From positions 1 to 41,060 of the forward strand of contig CAYHLZ010000004.1 in NCBI GenBank assembly GCA_964357635.1: DNA of 41,060 bases, in the 5' to 3' direction. The translations under genes were made by a program, and so were the position numbers. The notes beneath the pieces are model-generated. The model was not told the DNA's origin, ran no database searches, and saw only the letters and a program-made list of their open reading frames with translations. Below, piece by piece: positions 27,385 through 36,329 of the stretch (position 1 is its first letter; each line of letters starts with the position of its first letter). Source of the DNA: an uncultured Candidatus Saccharibacteria bacterium (GTDB lineage Bacteria; Patescibacteriota; Minisyncoccia; Phycocordibacterales; Zambryskibacteraceae).

Positions 27385-28125
27385 ATGAAAAATTTATTAA
27401 GAAACATTACAAGGGCAATAATCCGCAGGTATTTAACCAAGGATCATAGCATAACAAGGGAATTTCACCCTTATTATGACTTTGTTGATACTAACAATAA
27501 AAGATTTTTTGATATTACACATACGGAAGGTATTCGTATTACGAAAACGCCCTATAGTGTTTGGCGTAGAGATCGATTTTTAAATCTATCTTTCTTACTT
27601 GAATATATAAGAAATTTTGGTGGGGCATATGCTGAATGTGGAGCATGGAGAGGCTTGTCATCTTTTGTTATTTGCTCAACAATTAAACATCAGCAACCAG
27701 AGTTTCTTGGGGAGAATTACCATATCGTTGACTCCTTTGAGGGATTATCTAGTCCTACAAACGCCGATGGGGTGATAAATATTTCAACAAACAAGCGTTT
27801 CGCTTGCGACATTGATACAGTTCAAAAAAATCTCTCGATGTTTCCTAAAATTAAGTATCACAAGGGTTGGATTCCAGAAATATTATCAGGATTACCAGAA
27901 GAAAAATATAAGTTTGTTCACATTGATTTGGACTTAGCTGCTCCGACTATTGGGGCACTTGATTATTTCATGTCTAGGATGTTACCTGGGGGAATTATTG
28001 TTTGTGATGATTATGGGGGGGTTATATGGCACGGAATGAGGGCGGAGGTTGATAAATATTGTAAAGAAAGGAAGATTTCAAAAATTTTAGAGCTTTCAAC
28101 TGGCCAATTAGTTATTTTTCTCTAA
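27385..28125 (+). CDS. TylF/MycF/NovP-family sugar O-methyltransferase
   Basis: AECGAWRG, DSFEGL, KGWIPE, FVHIDLDL and GGIIVCDDY. Confidence 0.88.
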   Translation: MKNLLRNITRAIIRRYLTKDHSITREFHPYYDFVDTNNKRFFDITHTEGIRITKTPYSVWRRDRFLNLSFLLEYIRNFGGAYAECGAWRGLSSFVICSTIKHQQPEFLGENYHIVDSFEGLSSPTNADGVINISTNKRFACDIDTVQKNLSMFPKIKYHKGWIPEILSGLPEEKYKFVHIDLDLAAPTIGALDYFMSRMLPGGIIVCDDYGGVIWHGMRAEVDKYCKERKISKILELSTGQLVIFL

Positions 28126-29366
28126 ATTCGCTTGCTGAAAAAGAATGCCACATATACGGACACAACTTTTGAAATGATTCTTGCCACAATCAACCCCCAT
28201 AATCCGTAGAAAAACACTCCACAGAAAATTAAGATAATTTTTGAAAAGCTCGCTAAAAAATTCGCCTTATACTTTTCTTTTATTGCAAGATGAACATCAA
28301 GTAATGCCACTGGTAGTGCAGCAGAAAAAACAAGGATGACTGCATAGACCTGAGAGTAAATGATCGCATCAAGATACTGAGGAAAGAACCAATTGAACAA
28401 CAGGGGGGCGATGAGAATATATCCTACGGCCAATACCCCTCCCACCAAAGCAATCATAAGGGATTTACTTACAAGTGTTTTTTGTACAGAACTTTTTTCC
28501 ATTTGCGCAAACCTTGGTGTGGCAAGGGTGCCTATATTTTTTGTTATTCCCGACATGTGAGTCGGCAAAAGGACAGCGAAATTATAGATGGCTAGTTGGA
28601 TGGGGCCAAGAAATTGGAAAACAAGGATGTTATCTATCTTATCGGCAAAGCTGGCCAGACCATTTATAAAACTGGTATGGACCCCAAGCCTTATCATCTC
28701 TGGATTGTCGATTGTGGTTCTTGGCACTTCTCTGGCTACCCGGAAAAATATCCATGTTACCGAGAGCGTGTGCAGAAAAAAATAAACAATCACCAAATAT
28801 AGAGGATCCCTAGTAAACCATAATGCCAAGAGCATTCCTGCTGAATTAAATAATGTTCTTAGTGTTCTGTATATTGAACTTCTTTTAAACTGCTGTGTTC
28901 CATTTAAAAACGAGTTATAGAGCTCCCCGCTGTCGAGAAGAGGGCTCAAGGCTCCGGCCACAAGAAGACTTATTCCTAACGTATTATTGCCATGTAAGAG
29001 ATAATAGAGACCTATGGCACCTGCGCCCACGGTCATGAGAAGACTCCATTTTAAGTTTGTAAAAAAGGCGAGCCACAAAGAATCTGAACGTCCCTTAGCC
29101 ACTGATCTGGTCAATGCGGTAGGGAGACCAGAGAGGGAAATTATCCCAAGCATTCCTGCGACTGATAAAATATAGCGATAAGTTCCATATTCATATTGAT
29201 ACAAGAGGTTCGCGAAAGCCACAGACAGCCCAAAGCTTATGGCGAGAGAAATCACCTGTCCCGATAGAAGCCAGAAGCCACCCTTACTCAGGTATACCAT
29301 GTCGGTTTTGAAGAAACTCTCGCTTCGGCGGAGCAGGGAATAAGCCTTATTTCTAAGATTTTGCAT
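28122..29366 (-). CDS. Wzx-like oligosaccharide flippase
   Basis: About 12 hydrophobic segments with MOP-family patterns (EYGTY, DKIDNILVFQFLG...AIYNFA). Confidence 0.85.
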   Translation of the reverse strand: MQNLRNKAYSLLRRSESFFKTDMVYLSKGGFWLLSGQVISLAISFGLSVAFANLLYQYEYGTYRYILSVAGMLGIISLSGLPTALTRSVAKGRSDSLWLAFFTNLKWSLLMTVGAGAIGLYYLLHGNNTLGISLLVAGALSPLLDSGELYNSFLNGTQQFKRSSIYRTLRTLFNSAGMLLALWFTRDPLYLVIVYFFLHTLSVTWIFFRVAREVPRTTIDNPEMIRLGVHTSFINGLASFADKIDNILVFQFLGPIQLAIYNFAVLLPTHMSGITKNIGTLATPRFAQMEKSSVQKTLVSKSLMIALVGGVLAVGYILIAPLLFNWFFPQYLDAIIYSQVYAVILVFSAALPVALLDVHLAIKEKYKANFLASFSKIILIFCGVFFYGLWGLIVARIISKVVSVYVAFFFSKRI

Positions 29367-29394
29367 ACGTTAGTACCATGATAGGATAGTAGGA

Positions 29395-31473
29395 ATGAAT
29401 AAACAAATACTAAGGAACATTGTTTTTGTTGGGCTTTTTCTCGTGCCCTTTGTTCCTTTTTTGGTTTCTTCCTCTTTTTTCTTTCCATTTATCACCACCA
29501 AGGCCTTTGTCTTTAGGATTATTGTAGAAGTAGTCTTTGCTTCATGGTTACTTCTAGCTTTTTTTGATGCAAACTACCGTCCAAAACGGTCCATTGTTCT
29601 TTATGCGATTTTTGGATTTCTTGCTGTTATAGGATTGGCAGATCTTTTTGGCTCTGCTCCAGTAAAAAGTTTTTGGTCAAATTTTGAACGCATGGAGGGG
29701 TTTGTTACCCTTCTTCACTTGGGGATGTTTTTCCTAGTCATCTCCTCGGTTTTTAAAGAGATTGACTGGAAGAGATGGTGGAACACTTCACTTGTAGCTT
29801 CATTTTTGATGATTTTGTATTGTCTTTTACAAGTTATAGGATTATTGACCATAAACCAAGGCGGAGTACGTGTAGATGGTACTTTTGGTAACGCAATCTA
29901 TCTGGCTGTTTACATGCTCTTTCACATTTTTATTGCCCTTTTCTTTATGTGGCGGTCGTGGAAGAACGCTACTCTTAGGTGGATGTATGGTTTGCTTATC
30001 GTGGCCCAGGCATCAATTCTTTATCTCACAGCTACTCGTGGCGCTATTCTCGGTCTCCTTGGAGGATTGCTCGTTGTGGCAGTTCTTAATATTAGAAACA
30101 AAGAAGACGGCTTTGTAAGAAAAACCAGCGTTTCCACCTTAATAGGTTTAGTAATTTTGGTCGGAGGATTTGTCTCTATTAAAGATGCAGAATTTATCAA
30201 AAACAGCCCTGTTCTTTCAAGATTTTCATCTTTAACTATAGAGGAAGTTAAGACCCAAGGCAGATACTTCGTCTGGCCAATGGCATTTGAGGGGTTTAAA
30301 GAAAGACCAATTCTTGGTTGGGGGCAAGAAAATTTCAATTATGTTTTTCAGAAATACTATAGTCCAGAAATGTTTAGGCTGGAACCATGGTTTGACCGAG
30401 CGCACAACATTTTCCTTGACTGGGCAGTTTCTGGAGGAATATTTGGCCTACTCTCTTATCTTTCTCTCTACTTTGCACTTTTATTTTCAATCTGGAGGCG
30501 TTCCACAGGACCTAACGCTGAAAAAGACCAAAACTTTTCTCACACCGAGAAGTCTATCCTAACAGGCCTTGTTGCCGCATACTTCTTCCATAATTTTTTC
30601 GTCTTTGACCATCTTATTAGCTACGTCCTATTCTTTTCACTTCTCGGATATGTGCACTATAGACATGCCGGAAAAACATTAATGATTGATAGCAAGCTTA
30701 CTGAAACTCAGGTTAGAAATATTATTTTACCACCAGTTTTTCTGTTCTTGGTGCTTTCTCTATATTTCGTCAATGCGAGACCCATTATGACGAATATCTT
30801 ACTAATAGAGGCGCTCAAATCTGTTCAAACACCAGGTGAAATTTTGTCAGCTGCCCAATACTTTAAAAAGGCATACAGCAAATCTCGTCTTGGTAGACCA
30901 GAAGTGTCTGAGCAGATTGCTCAAAATGCACCCACGATTCTAACGAGCGATATACCTATGGAAGAAAAGAATTTATTCTTTGATTTTGCAAAAAATGCTG
31001 TACTTGAACAGAATGAAAAATTGAATGGTGATGCGCGCGCCCAACTACTTCTAGGATCCTTTCTTTCTTCTACAGGCTTGTTGGACGAAGCTCTTACCAA
31101 CCTTTTGCGCGCCAAAGAATTGATCCCAGGCAAGCAACAAGTCTATTTTGAAATTGGGTCTATTTATATAAACAAAAATGAAATAGCCCAAGCTCTCAAA
31201 GTATTCAGAGAAGCCTATGAGTTGGCACCAGAATACTTAGAATCCAAGGTAATTTATTTGATTGGGTCAATCTATGCTGGTGACAGGGCGCTCGAGAATG
31301 AGCTTCTTTCTAAACTTACAGACAGCGAGCTTGTCTTTGATGACAGGGTTATAAATGCATACTATGCGGTAGGCAGAAAAGATATTGTTCTGGCGCTACT
31401 TAACGAACGCATTAAGCTTGATCCAGCAAATGCTACTACTTACGAAAATCTAATAAAATCACTTGCAAATTAG
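29395..31473 (+). CDS. O-antigen ligase/O-oligosaccharyltransferase family protein with C-terminal TPR-like repeats
   Basis: Multi-TM; GTFGNAIYLA, TATRGAILG, RPILGWGQENF and DRAHNIFLD, followed by a helical TPR-like C-terminus. Confidence 0.85.
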   Translation: MNKQILRNIVFVGLFLVPFVPFLVSSSFFFPFITTKAFVFRIIVEVVFASWLLLAFFDANYRPKRSIVLYAIFGFLAVIGLADLFGSAPVKSFWSNFERMEGFVTLLHLGMFFLVISSVFKEIDWKRWWNTSLVASFLMILYCLLQVIGLLTINQGGVRVDGTFGNAIYLAVYMLFHIFIALFFMWRSWKNATLRWMYGLLIVAQASILYLTATRGAILGLLGGLLVVAVLNIRNKEDGFVRKTSVSTLIGLVILVGGFVSIKDAEFIKNSPVLSRFSSLTIEEVKTQGRYFVWPMAFEGFKERPILGWGQENFNYVFQKYYSPEMFRLEPWFDRAHNIFLDWAVSGGIFGLLSYLSLYFALLFSIWRRSTGPNAEKDQNFSHTEKSILTGLVAAYFFHNFFVFDHLISYVLFFSLLGYVHYRHAGKTLMIDSKLTETQVRNIILPPVFLFLVLSLYFVNARPIMTNILLIEALKSVQTPGEILSAAQYFKKAYSKSRLGRPEVSEQIAQNAPTILTSDIPMEEKNLFFDFAKNAVLEQNEKLNGDARAQLLLGSFLSSTGLLDEALTNLLRAKELIPGKQQVYFEIGSIYINKNEIAQALKVFREAYELAPEYLESKVIYLIGSIYAGDRALENELLSKLTDSELVFDDRVINAYYAVGRKDIVLALLNERIKLDPANATTYENLIKSLAN

Positions 31474-31490
31474 AGCCAATGTGCTATACT
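31463..31490 (+). promoter_or_regulatory. Sigma70 promoter driving a non-coding transcript
   Basis: TTGCAA (31463-31468), 16-nt spacer, TGc-TATACT (31485-31490). No plausible ORF lies before the next terminator. Confidence 0.7.
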
Positions 31491-31495
31491 AAGAG

Positions 31496-31570
31496 GGTGA
31501 GTGCTAGTAACTAGCACCAAACGAACGAATGTCTGCGCAAGTCCCGCCTCACGGCGGGATTTACGTTTTT
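31496..31570 (+). ncRNA. Candidate small RNA 1 (~75 nt)
   Basis: Promoter, 5' hairpin GTGCTAG-TAA-CTAGCAC, single-stranded CAAACGAACGAATGTCT, terminator-like AAGTCCCGCC-TCAC-GGCGGGATTT, then ACGTTTTT. Confidence 0.55.
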
Positions 31571-31617
31571 AAACCCTGGTGAATAGATTTAAAATCTACC
31601 ATCCATTATAATTCTTA

Positions 31618-31710
31618 GAGTTATTCTTTCTGTGCGTGGAGGGTGGCCGCACTCACAAAGATATTCGTTTGGAGCTAGCCCCACCCTCCGCGCATGGAAA
31701 GAATTTTTTT
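31618..31710 (+). ncRNA. Candidate small RNA 2 (long hairpin, ~90 nt)
   Basis: 24-bp stem 31623-31646/31681-31704 whose three non-Watson-Crick pairs are all G.U on the + strand. It has a 34-nt apical region, a T-run after the stem and TATAAT at 31607-31612. Confidence 0.6.
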
Positions 31711-31721
31711 GAAAAAAATAG

Positions 31722-31730
31722 TTATCCACA
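31722..31730 (+). promoter_or_regulatory. Perfect DnaA box
   Basis: TTATCCACA, upstream of the basic-peptide promoter. Confidence 0.45.
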
Positions 31731-31868
31731 CTTTTTTATTTTCTCTATTGTATGTCTAGATTATAAGTACGATAATTAACTTAAGTCACAGGCAAAAAAT
31801 ATTTTCAAAAATATTTTTTGCGGAAGACGTTAACAATAATTTCCTGACGGAAACATCAGGACAACACA

Positions 31869-31946
31869 ATGGCTAAGAAAAGAAAGAAGGCAAAGAGAAA
31901 GCCAGCTTCCAAGAAGAGAAAAGCTTCCAAGAAGAGACGACGCTAG
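31869..31946 (+). CDS. 25-aa Lys/Arg-rich peptide (not in ORF track)
   Basis: MAKKRKKAKRKPASKKRKASKKRRR, 17 of 25 residues K/R. Candidate promoter TTGTAT-17-GATAAT (31748-31776), A-rich leader and a terminator 11 nt after the stop. Confidence 0.8.
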   Translation: MAKKRKKAKRKPASKKRKASKKRRR

Positions 31947-31957
31947 TTCTCAACCTT

Positions 31958-31991
31958 AAGAAAAAACGCCCCCGCAAGGGCGTTTTTTCTT
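31958..31991. terminator. Bidirectional intrinsic terminator
   Basis: AAGAAAAAACGCCC-CCGCAA-GGGCGTTTTTTCTT. Confidence 0.8.
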
Positions 31992-32020
31992 GCTCTCAAA
32001 CGTGCTAAAATAAGCCCCTT

Positions 32021-34531
32021 ATGGCTTTTTTAAAGAATCTTTTGGGAACTCCGGAAGAGAAATTGCTCAAATCTTGGAAACCTCTCGTAGAGCGCATTAA
32101 TGCGCTCGAACCTTCGTTTGAAAAACTATCTCAAGAAGAATTGAAATCAAAGACATCTGAATTTAAAGAGCGTATCAATAAAAAAAATAATTCAGATGAA
32201 GAAATAAAAGGGGCGCTTGATGAAATTCTACCAGAAGCCTTTGCCGTTGTCAGAGAAGCAGCAAAACGTACCCTAAAACAGAGACACTTTGATGTTCAGC
32301 TTCTTGGCGGTATTGCTCTCTACCAAGGTGGGATTGCTGAAATGAAGACCGGTGAAGGAAAAACCTTGGTGGCCACACTGTCAGCGTATCTTATGGCACT
32401 TACAGGCAAAGGGGTGCACGTGGTAACCGTTAACGATCACCTCTCTCGCCGTGACACTGTCTGGATGGGGCAGATTTACTCCTATCTCGGGCTTTCTGTT
32501 GGGGTTATAAATCATTCGCAGTCCTTTATCTACGACGAGTCTCATGCAGAAAAAGACAAGGAGCGGGATGCTACAGGCTCTTTCCACGTGGTTTATGAGT
32601 TTTTGAGACCCGTGACCAAGAAAGAAGCCTACAGAGCCGACATTACTTATGGCACCAATAACGAATTCGGCTTTGACTACTTGCGTGACAATCTTCTTTA
32701 CAGGAAAGAGGATCTGTCTCAAAGAGATTATCATTACGCTATTGTTGACGAAATAGACTCTATTCTTATTGATGAAGCGCGTACTCCTCTCATTATCTCC
32801 GGTAACACGGGGGCTGCGGGTGAGTTGTATGAGAAATTTTCTAAAATTGCCAGAGGATTTGAAGAAAATAAGGACTTTACCATAGACGAGAAGTTGCGCG
32901 CAGTTTCTTTGACGGATGAAGGTATTAGTAAGGCAGAGAAAGCTTTGGGGATTGAAAACATTTATGCCGAAGGTGGAGTTAAATATGTGCATCACTTAGA
33001 AACCGCTGTTCGAGCTAAAGCTCTATATCACAAAGATAAAGAGTATGTGGTGAAGGATAACGAAGTGGTGATTGTGGATGCTTTCACAGGCAGACTTCAA
33101 CCTGGTCGTCGTTGGTCGGAGGGGCTACATCAAGCCATAGAAGCCAAGGAAGGTGTGGGTATAAAGGAAGAGAGTCGCACATACGCCTCTATTACTTTCC
33201 AAAACTATTTTCGTATGTACAAAAGGCTTTCCGGTATGACCGGCACCGCCATTACCTCCAAAGAAGAGTTTTATAAAGTTTATGGTTTAGAAACTTTTGT
33301 TATACCAACTCATAAACCAGTAGCCCGCAAAGATCACGGAGATTTAATCTTCCAGAGTCATGCCGGCAAAATGAAGGCTGTTGCTAAAAAGGTAAGCGAG
33401 CTAAACAAGAAAGGTCAACCCGTGCTTATCGGCACCGTCTCCATTGAACACAACGAACTTCTTTCCGAATATCTTAAGAGTGAAGGGATAAAACACGAAA
33501 TCTTGAATGCCAAAAACCACGAACGAGAAAGTGAGATTATCGCCCAAGCAGGCAAGCGTGGCGCAGTAACACTTGCCACAAACATGGCAGGCCGAGGCAT
33601 AGACATCAAGCTTGGTGGCAATCCCTCCACAGAAGATGTCTACGAAGGGATAAAGACTCTTGGCGGGCTCTTTGTTCTAGGCACCGAGAGACATGATGCT
33701 AGGCGTATAGATAATCAATTACGCGGTCGTTCTGGTAGGCAAGGAGATCCGGGTGAGACCCAGTTTTTTGTCTCACTTGAAGATTCTTTGATGCGTATAT
33801 TTGCCGTGGACACAATCAAAAAAATGATGGGACGATTTGATATTCCTGAAGACGAGCCCATAGAGAACAAACTTATAACCAACTCTCTTGAGAAGGCTCA
33901 AGAAAAGATAGAAGGATTTAACTTTGACGCTCGCAAGCATGTTTTAGAGTTTGATGATGTACTCAATTTTCAAAGAAGTATCATTTATGCTCGTCGTCGC
34001 AGTGTTGTGGTCGGGGGTCAAAAAGAGATAAGGGATTATTTGCTAGAGATAGCAGAACACTTAGACTCTGACGCGAAGATAAAAATGAATGAAAAAATCT
34101 CAAAACTACCTCTGGAAACTTCAGAAGTTTTGGAGGTATTACGAAGAATAATTCTTCAAACGATAGACTTGTTTTGGGTGGATCACTTGGAGATGATGGA
34201 ATACTTGCGGGGAAGTGTGAACTTGCGCGCTTACGGTCAGCGTGACCCACTTATTGAGTATAAGAAAGACGGTCTTCGATTTTTCAGGGAAATGGAAGGC
34301 TCAATTGCTAAGCAAATATCTGATTTTGTTATCGCCCTTAATCTGGAGGCATTAATGACCGCTGTGGAAAAATCTCAAATTGCCCCAAGCCCATTTACTT
34401 CAGCAATACCAGTGGGTACAGAGTTGTCTGGGCAAGGTCAAGTTCCAACCAACACTGGACCAAGGGTTGGCAGAAATGATCTCTGCCCTTGTGGTAGCGG
34501 AAAAAAGTATAAAAAGTGCCATGGCAAATAA
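32021..34531 (+). CDS. secA: Preprotein translocase ATPase SecA
   Basis: MKTGEGKT, DEIDSILIDEARTPLIIS, ATNMAGRG, RRIDNQLRGRSGRQGDPG and C-terminal GRNDLCPCGSGKKYKKCHG. Confidence 0.98.
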   Translation: MAFLKNLLGTPEEKLLKSWKPLVERINALEPSFEKLSQEELKSKTSEFKERINKKNNSDEEIKGALDEILPEAFAVVREAAKRTLKQRHFDVQLLGGIALYQGGIAEMKTGEGKTLVATLSAYLMALTGKGVHVVTVNDHLSRRDTVWMGQIYSYLGLSVGVINHSQSFIYDESHAEKDKERDATGSFHVVYEFLRPVTKKEAYRADITYGTNNEFGFDYLRDNLLYRKEDLSQRDYHYAIVDEIDSILIDEARTPLIISGNTGAAGELYEKFSKIARGFEENKDFTIDEKLRAVSLTDEGISKAEKALGIENIYAEGGVKYVHHLETAVRAKALYHKDKEYVVKDNEVVIVDAFTGRLQPGRRWSEGLHQAIEAKEGVGIKEESRTYASITFQNYFRMYKRLSGMTGTAITSKEEFYKVYGLETFVIPTHKPVARKDHGDLIFQSHAGKMKAVAKKVSELNKKGQPVLIGTVSIEHNELLSEYLKSEGIKHEILNAKNHERESEIIAQAGKRGAVTLATNMAGRGIDIKLGGNPSTEDVYEGIKTLGGLFVLGTERHDARRIDNQLRGRSGRQGDPGETQFFVSLEDSLMRIFAVDTIKKMMGRFDIPEDEPIENKLITNSLEKAQEKIEGFNFDARKHVLEFDDVLNFQRSIIYARRRSVVVGGQKEIRDYLLEIAEHLDSDAKIKMNEKISKLPLETSEVLEVLRRIILQTIDLFWVDHLEMMEYLRGSVNLRAYGQRDPLIEYKKDGLRFFREMEGSIAKQISDFVIALNLEALMTAVEKSQIAPSPFTSAIPVGTELSGQGQVPTNTGPRVGRNDLCPCGSGKKYKKCHGK

Positions 34532-34548
34532 TTTGCTATAATAAAAAA

Positions 34549-34935
34549 ATGAAAAAGAACACATTATTTTTGTCTGCAGGAGGCATCCTTTTTGTGGCGC
34601 TTGTCATCTGGCTCGTATTGGCTCCAACGAAACCAGGAAAACTCGACGCCTTCACCCAGTGCATCAATGACTCTGGCACCATATATTATGGAGCGTTCTG
34701 GTGCCCGAATTGCAAGAACCAAGAAGCTATGTTTGGCCGATCGTCTCGGCTTCTGCCGCGTATAGAGTGTTCAACTCCAGACGGCAAGGGCCAGCTGAAA
34801 GTATGCCAAGACGCAGAAATCAAAGGTTATCCGACTTGGGAATTCCCAGACGGGAGCCGAAAAACCGGAGTCCAACCACTCGAGGATCTGGCTAGAGCAA
34901 CTTCCTGCTCTCTAGAGGAAACTAATGTTCAATAA
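34549..34935 (+). CDS. Membrane-anchored thioredoxin-like protein (CPNC)
   Basis: N-terminal TM, YGAFWCPNC, IECS and IKGYPTW. Start placed at ATG 34549. Confidence 0.8.
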   Translation: MKKNTLFLSAGGILFVALVIWLVLAPTKPGKLDAFTQCINDSGTIYYGAFWCPNCKNQEAMFGRSSRLLPRIECSTPDGKGQLKVCQDAEIKGYPTWEFPDGSRKTGVQPLEDLARATSCSLEETNVQ

Positions 34936-35464
34936 CTTCGCTTCGTTCATACCATACCTAGTACTTTTGTCGCACATTCTGCTTCTTGTTTTATTTTTTG
35001 CACTTTTGTCCAGAAATTCCTGGGGGAAATCAATAGCCGGTTTTCTTGGTCGGCAAGCTCTTTGGTTTGGATTTTTGGTAGCCGTCGTAGCAGTGCTTGG
35101 TTCCCTCTTTTATTCGGAAGTTATCGGCTTTGAACCGTGTGTTCTTTGTTGGTGGCAAAGGATTTTCCTGTATCCAATGTTGATTATTTTCAGCATGGCT
35201 CTATGGAAGAAAAATGATTCCGCCTTTCTTTATGTCTTGCCTCTCGCTGTCCTCGGCGGCCTTATTGCCGCTTACCAGTCTTATATTCTCTTAGGTGGCG
35301 TCTCGCTCCTACCATGCACTGCCCTTGAGGGCGATTGTTCAAAAATCTACGTTATGGCATTTGGCTATATAACGATACCCATGATGTCTCTTACAATTTC
35401 CTTATACACCCTCCTCTTGGCTTGGGCAGATAGAATCTATAGAAATGAAAATAGTAACGCATAA
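34925..35464 (+). CDS. Disulfide bond formation protein, DsbB/BdbC family
   Basis: GSLFYSE..GFEPCVLCWWQRI, second Cys pair LPC...GDCS and FGYITIPMMS. Confidence 0.88.
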   Translation: MFNNFASFIPYLVLLSHILLLVLFFALLSRNSWGKSIAGFLGRQALWFGFLVAVVAVLGSLFYSEVIGFEPCVLCWWQRIFLYPMLIIFSMALWKKNDSAFLYVLPLAVLGGLIAAYQSYILLGGVSLLPCTALEGDCSKIYVMAFGYITIPMMSLTISLYTLLLAWADRIYRNENSNA

Positions 35465-36320
35465 CGGCAAATTTCATGCCGATGAAGTATTTGCTGTGGC
35501 GACAATCCTTCTTGCGCACGAAGGTGAAGACATAGAGATTGTCCGCACCCGTGATCCACTGATTATAAAAACAGGTGATATTGTTGTGGATGTTGGCGGT
35601 GAATATAATCCTTCTCTAGGTAAATTTGACCACCATCAAACGGAGGGTGCCGGCATACGAGAGAATGGTATTCCTTATTCGTCGTTTGGTATTGTTTGGA
35701 AAAAATATGGCGAGAAGGTTTGTAACTCTAGGCTTGTTAGCGACACAATAGATAAATTTCTGGTCATGTCACTTGACGCACTAGATAATGGCATAGATAT
35801 TCAAAAACCAATGTTAGAAAACATATACGAGTATACGGCTGGAGATTTAGTTGACGCATTTAACCCGAGCTGGAGGGAAACAATAAACCGTGATGAAAGT
35901 TTTAAAGAAGCAGTAGAGGTTGCCAAGAAAGTTTTGAGGCGAGAAATAATCCGAACGAGAGACAAACAGGAAGGGAAAGCTATGGTTGAAACTGTATTTG
36001 CCGGCGCGGTTGATAAAAGAATTATAGTTCTTGAAGATTACTTGCCTTGGAGTGATGTGCTCTGTGTCCACACTGAACCAATGTTTGTGGTGTACCCAGA
36101 CCCCGATAAGAAGTGGCGTGTCCAAGCGGTCCGTGATAACCCCCATTTATTTGAAAACAGAAAAGATTTTCCTTCGGCTTGGGGTGGAAAAACTGGTCGG
36201 GAATTATCAGAAATAACAGAGGTGAGTGACGCAATATTTTGTCACAAGGGCTTATTTTTATGTGGAGCACAAACGAAGGAAGGAGCTATATCACTTGCTA
36301 AAAAGGCTCTAGATGCATAA
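35445..36320 (+). CDS. MYG1 family (UPF0160) metal-dependent nuclease
   Basis: THNGKFHADEV, RTRD, VDVGG, FDHHQ, DALDNG and AIFCH. Confidence 0.9.
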   Translation: MKIVTHNGKFHADEVFAVATILLAHEGEDIEIVRTRDPLIIKTGDIVVDVGGEYNPSLGKFDHHQTEGAGIRENGIPYSSFGIVWKKYGEKVCNSRLVSDTIDKFLVMSLDALDNGIDIQKPMLENIYEYTAGDLVDAFNPSWRETINRDESFKEAVEVAKKVLRREIIRTRDKQEGKAMVETVFAGAVDKRIIVLEDYLPWSDVLCVHTEPMFVVYPDPDKKWRVQAVRDNPHLFENRKDFPSAWGGKTGRELSEITEVSDAIFCHKGLFLCGAQTKEGAISLAKKALDA

Positions 36321-36329
36321 GGTATAGCA

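Noticed and set aside
31490-31710. SRP RNA, tmRNA, RNase P RNA, retron msr/msd or tracrRNA:crRNA as the identity of the RNA pair
   Set aside because: No SRP CAGG..GNRA..AGCA helix, no tRNA-like T arm/CCA, no GAGGAAAGTCC, and no RT or cas gene in the window. A divergent 6S RNA cannot be excluded without a covariance search.
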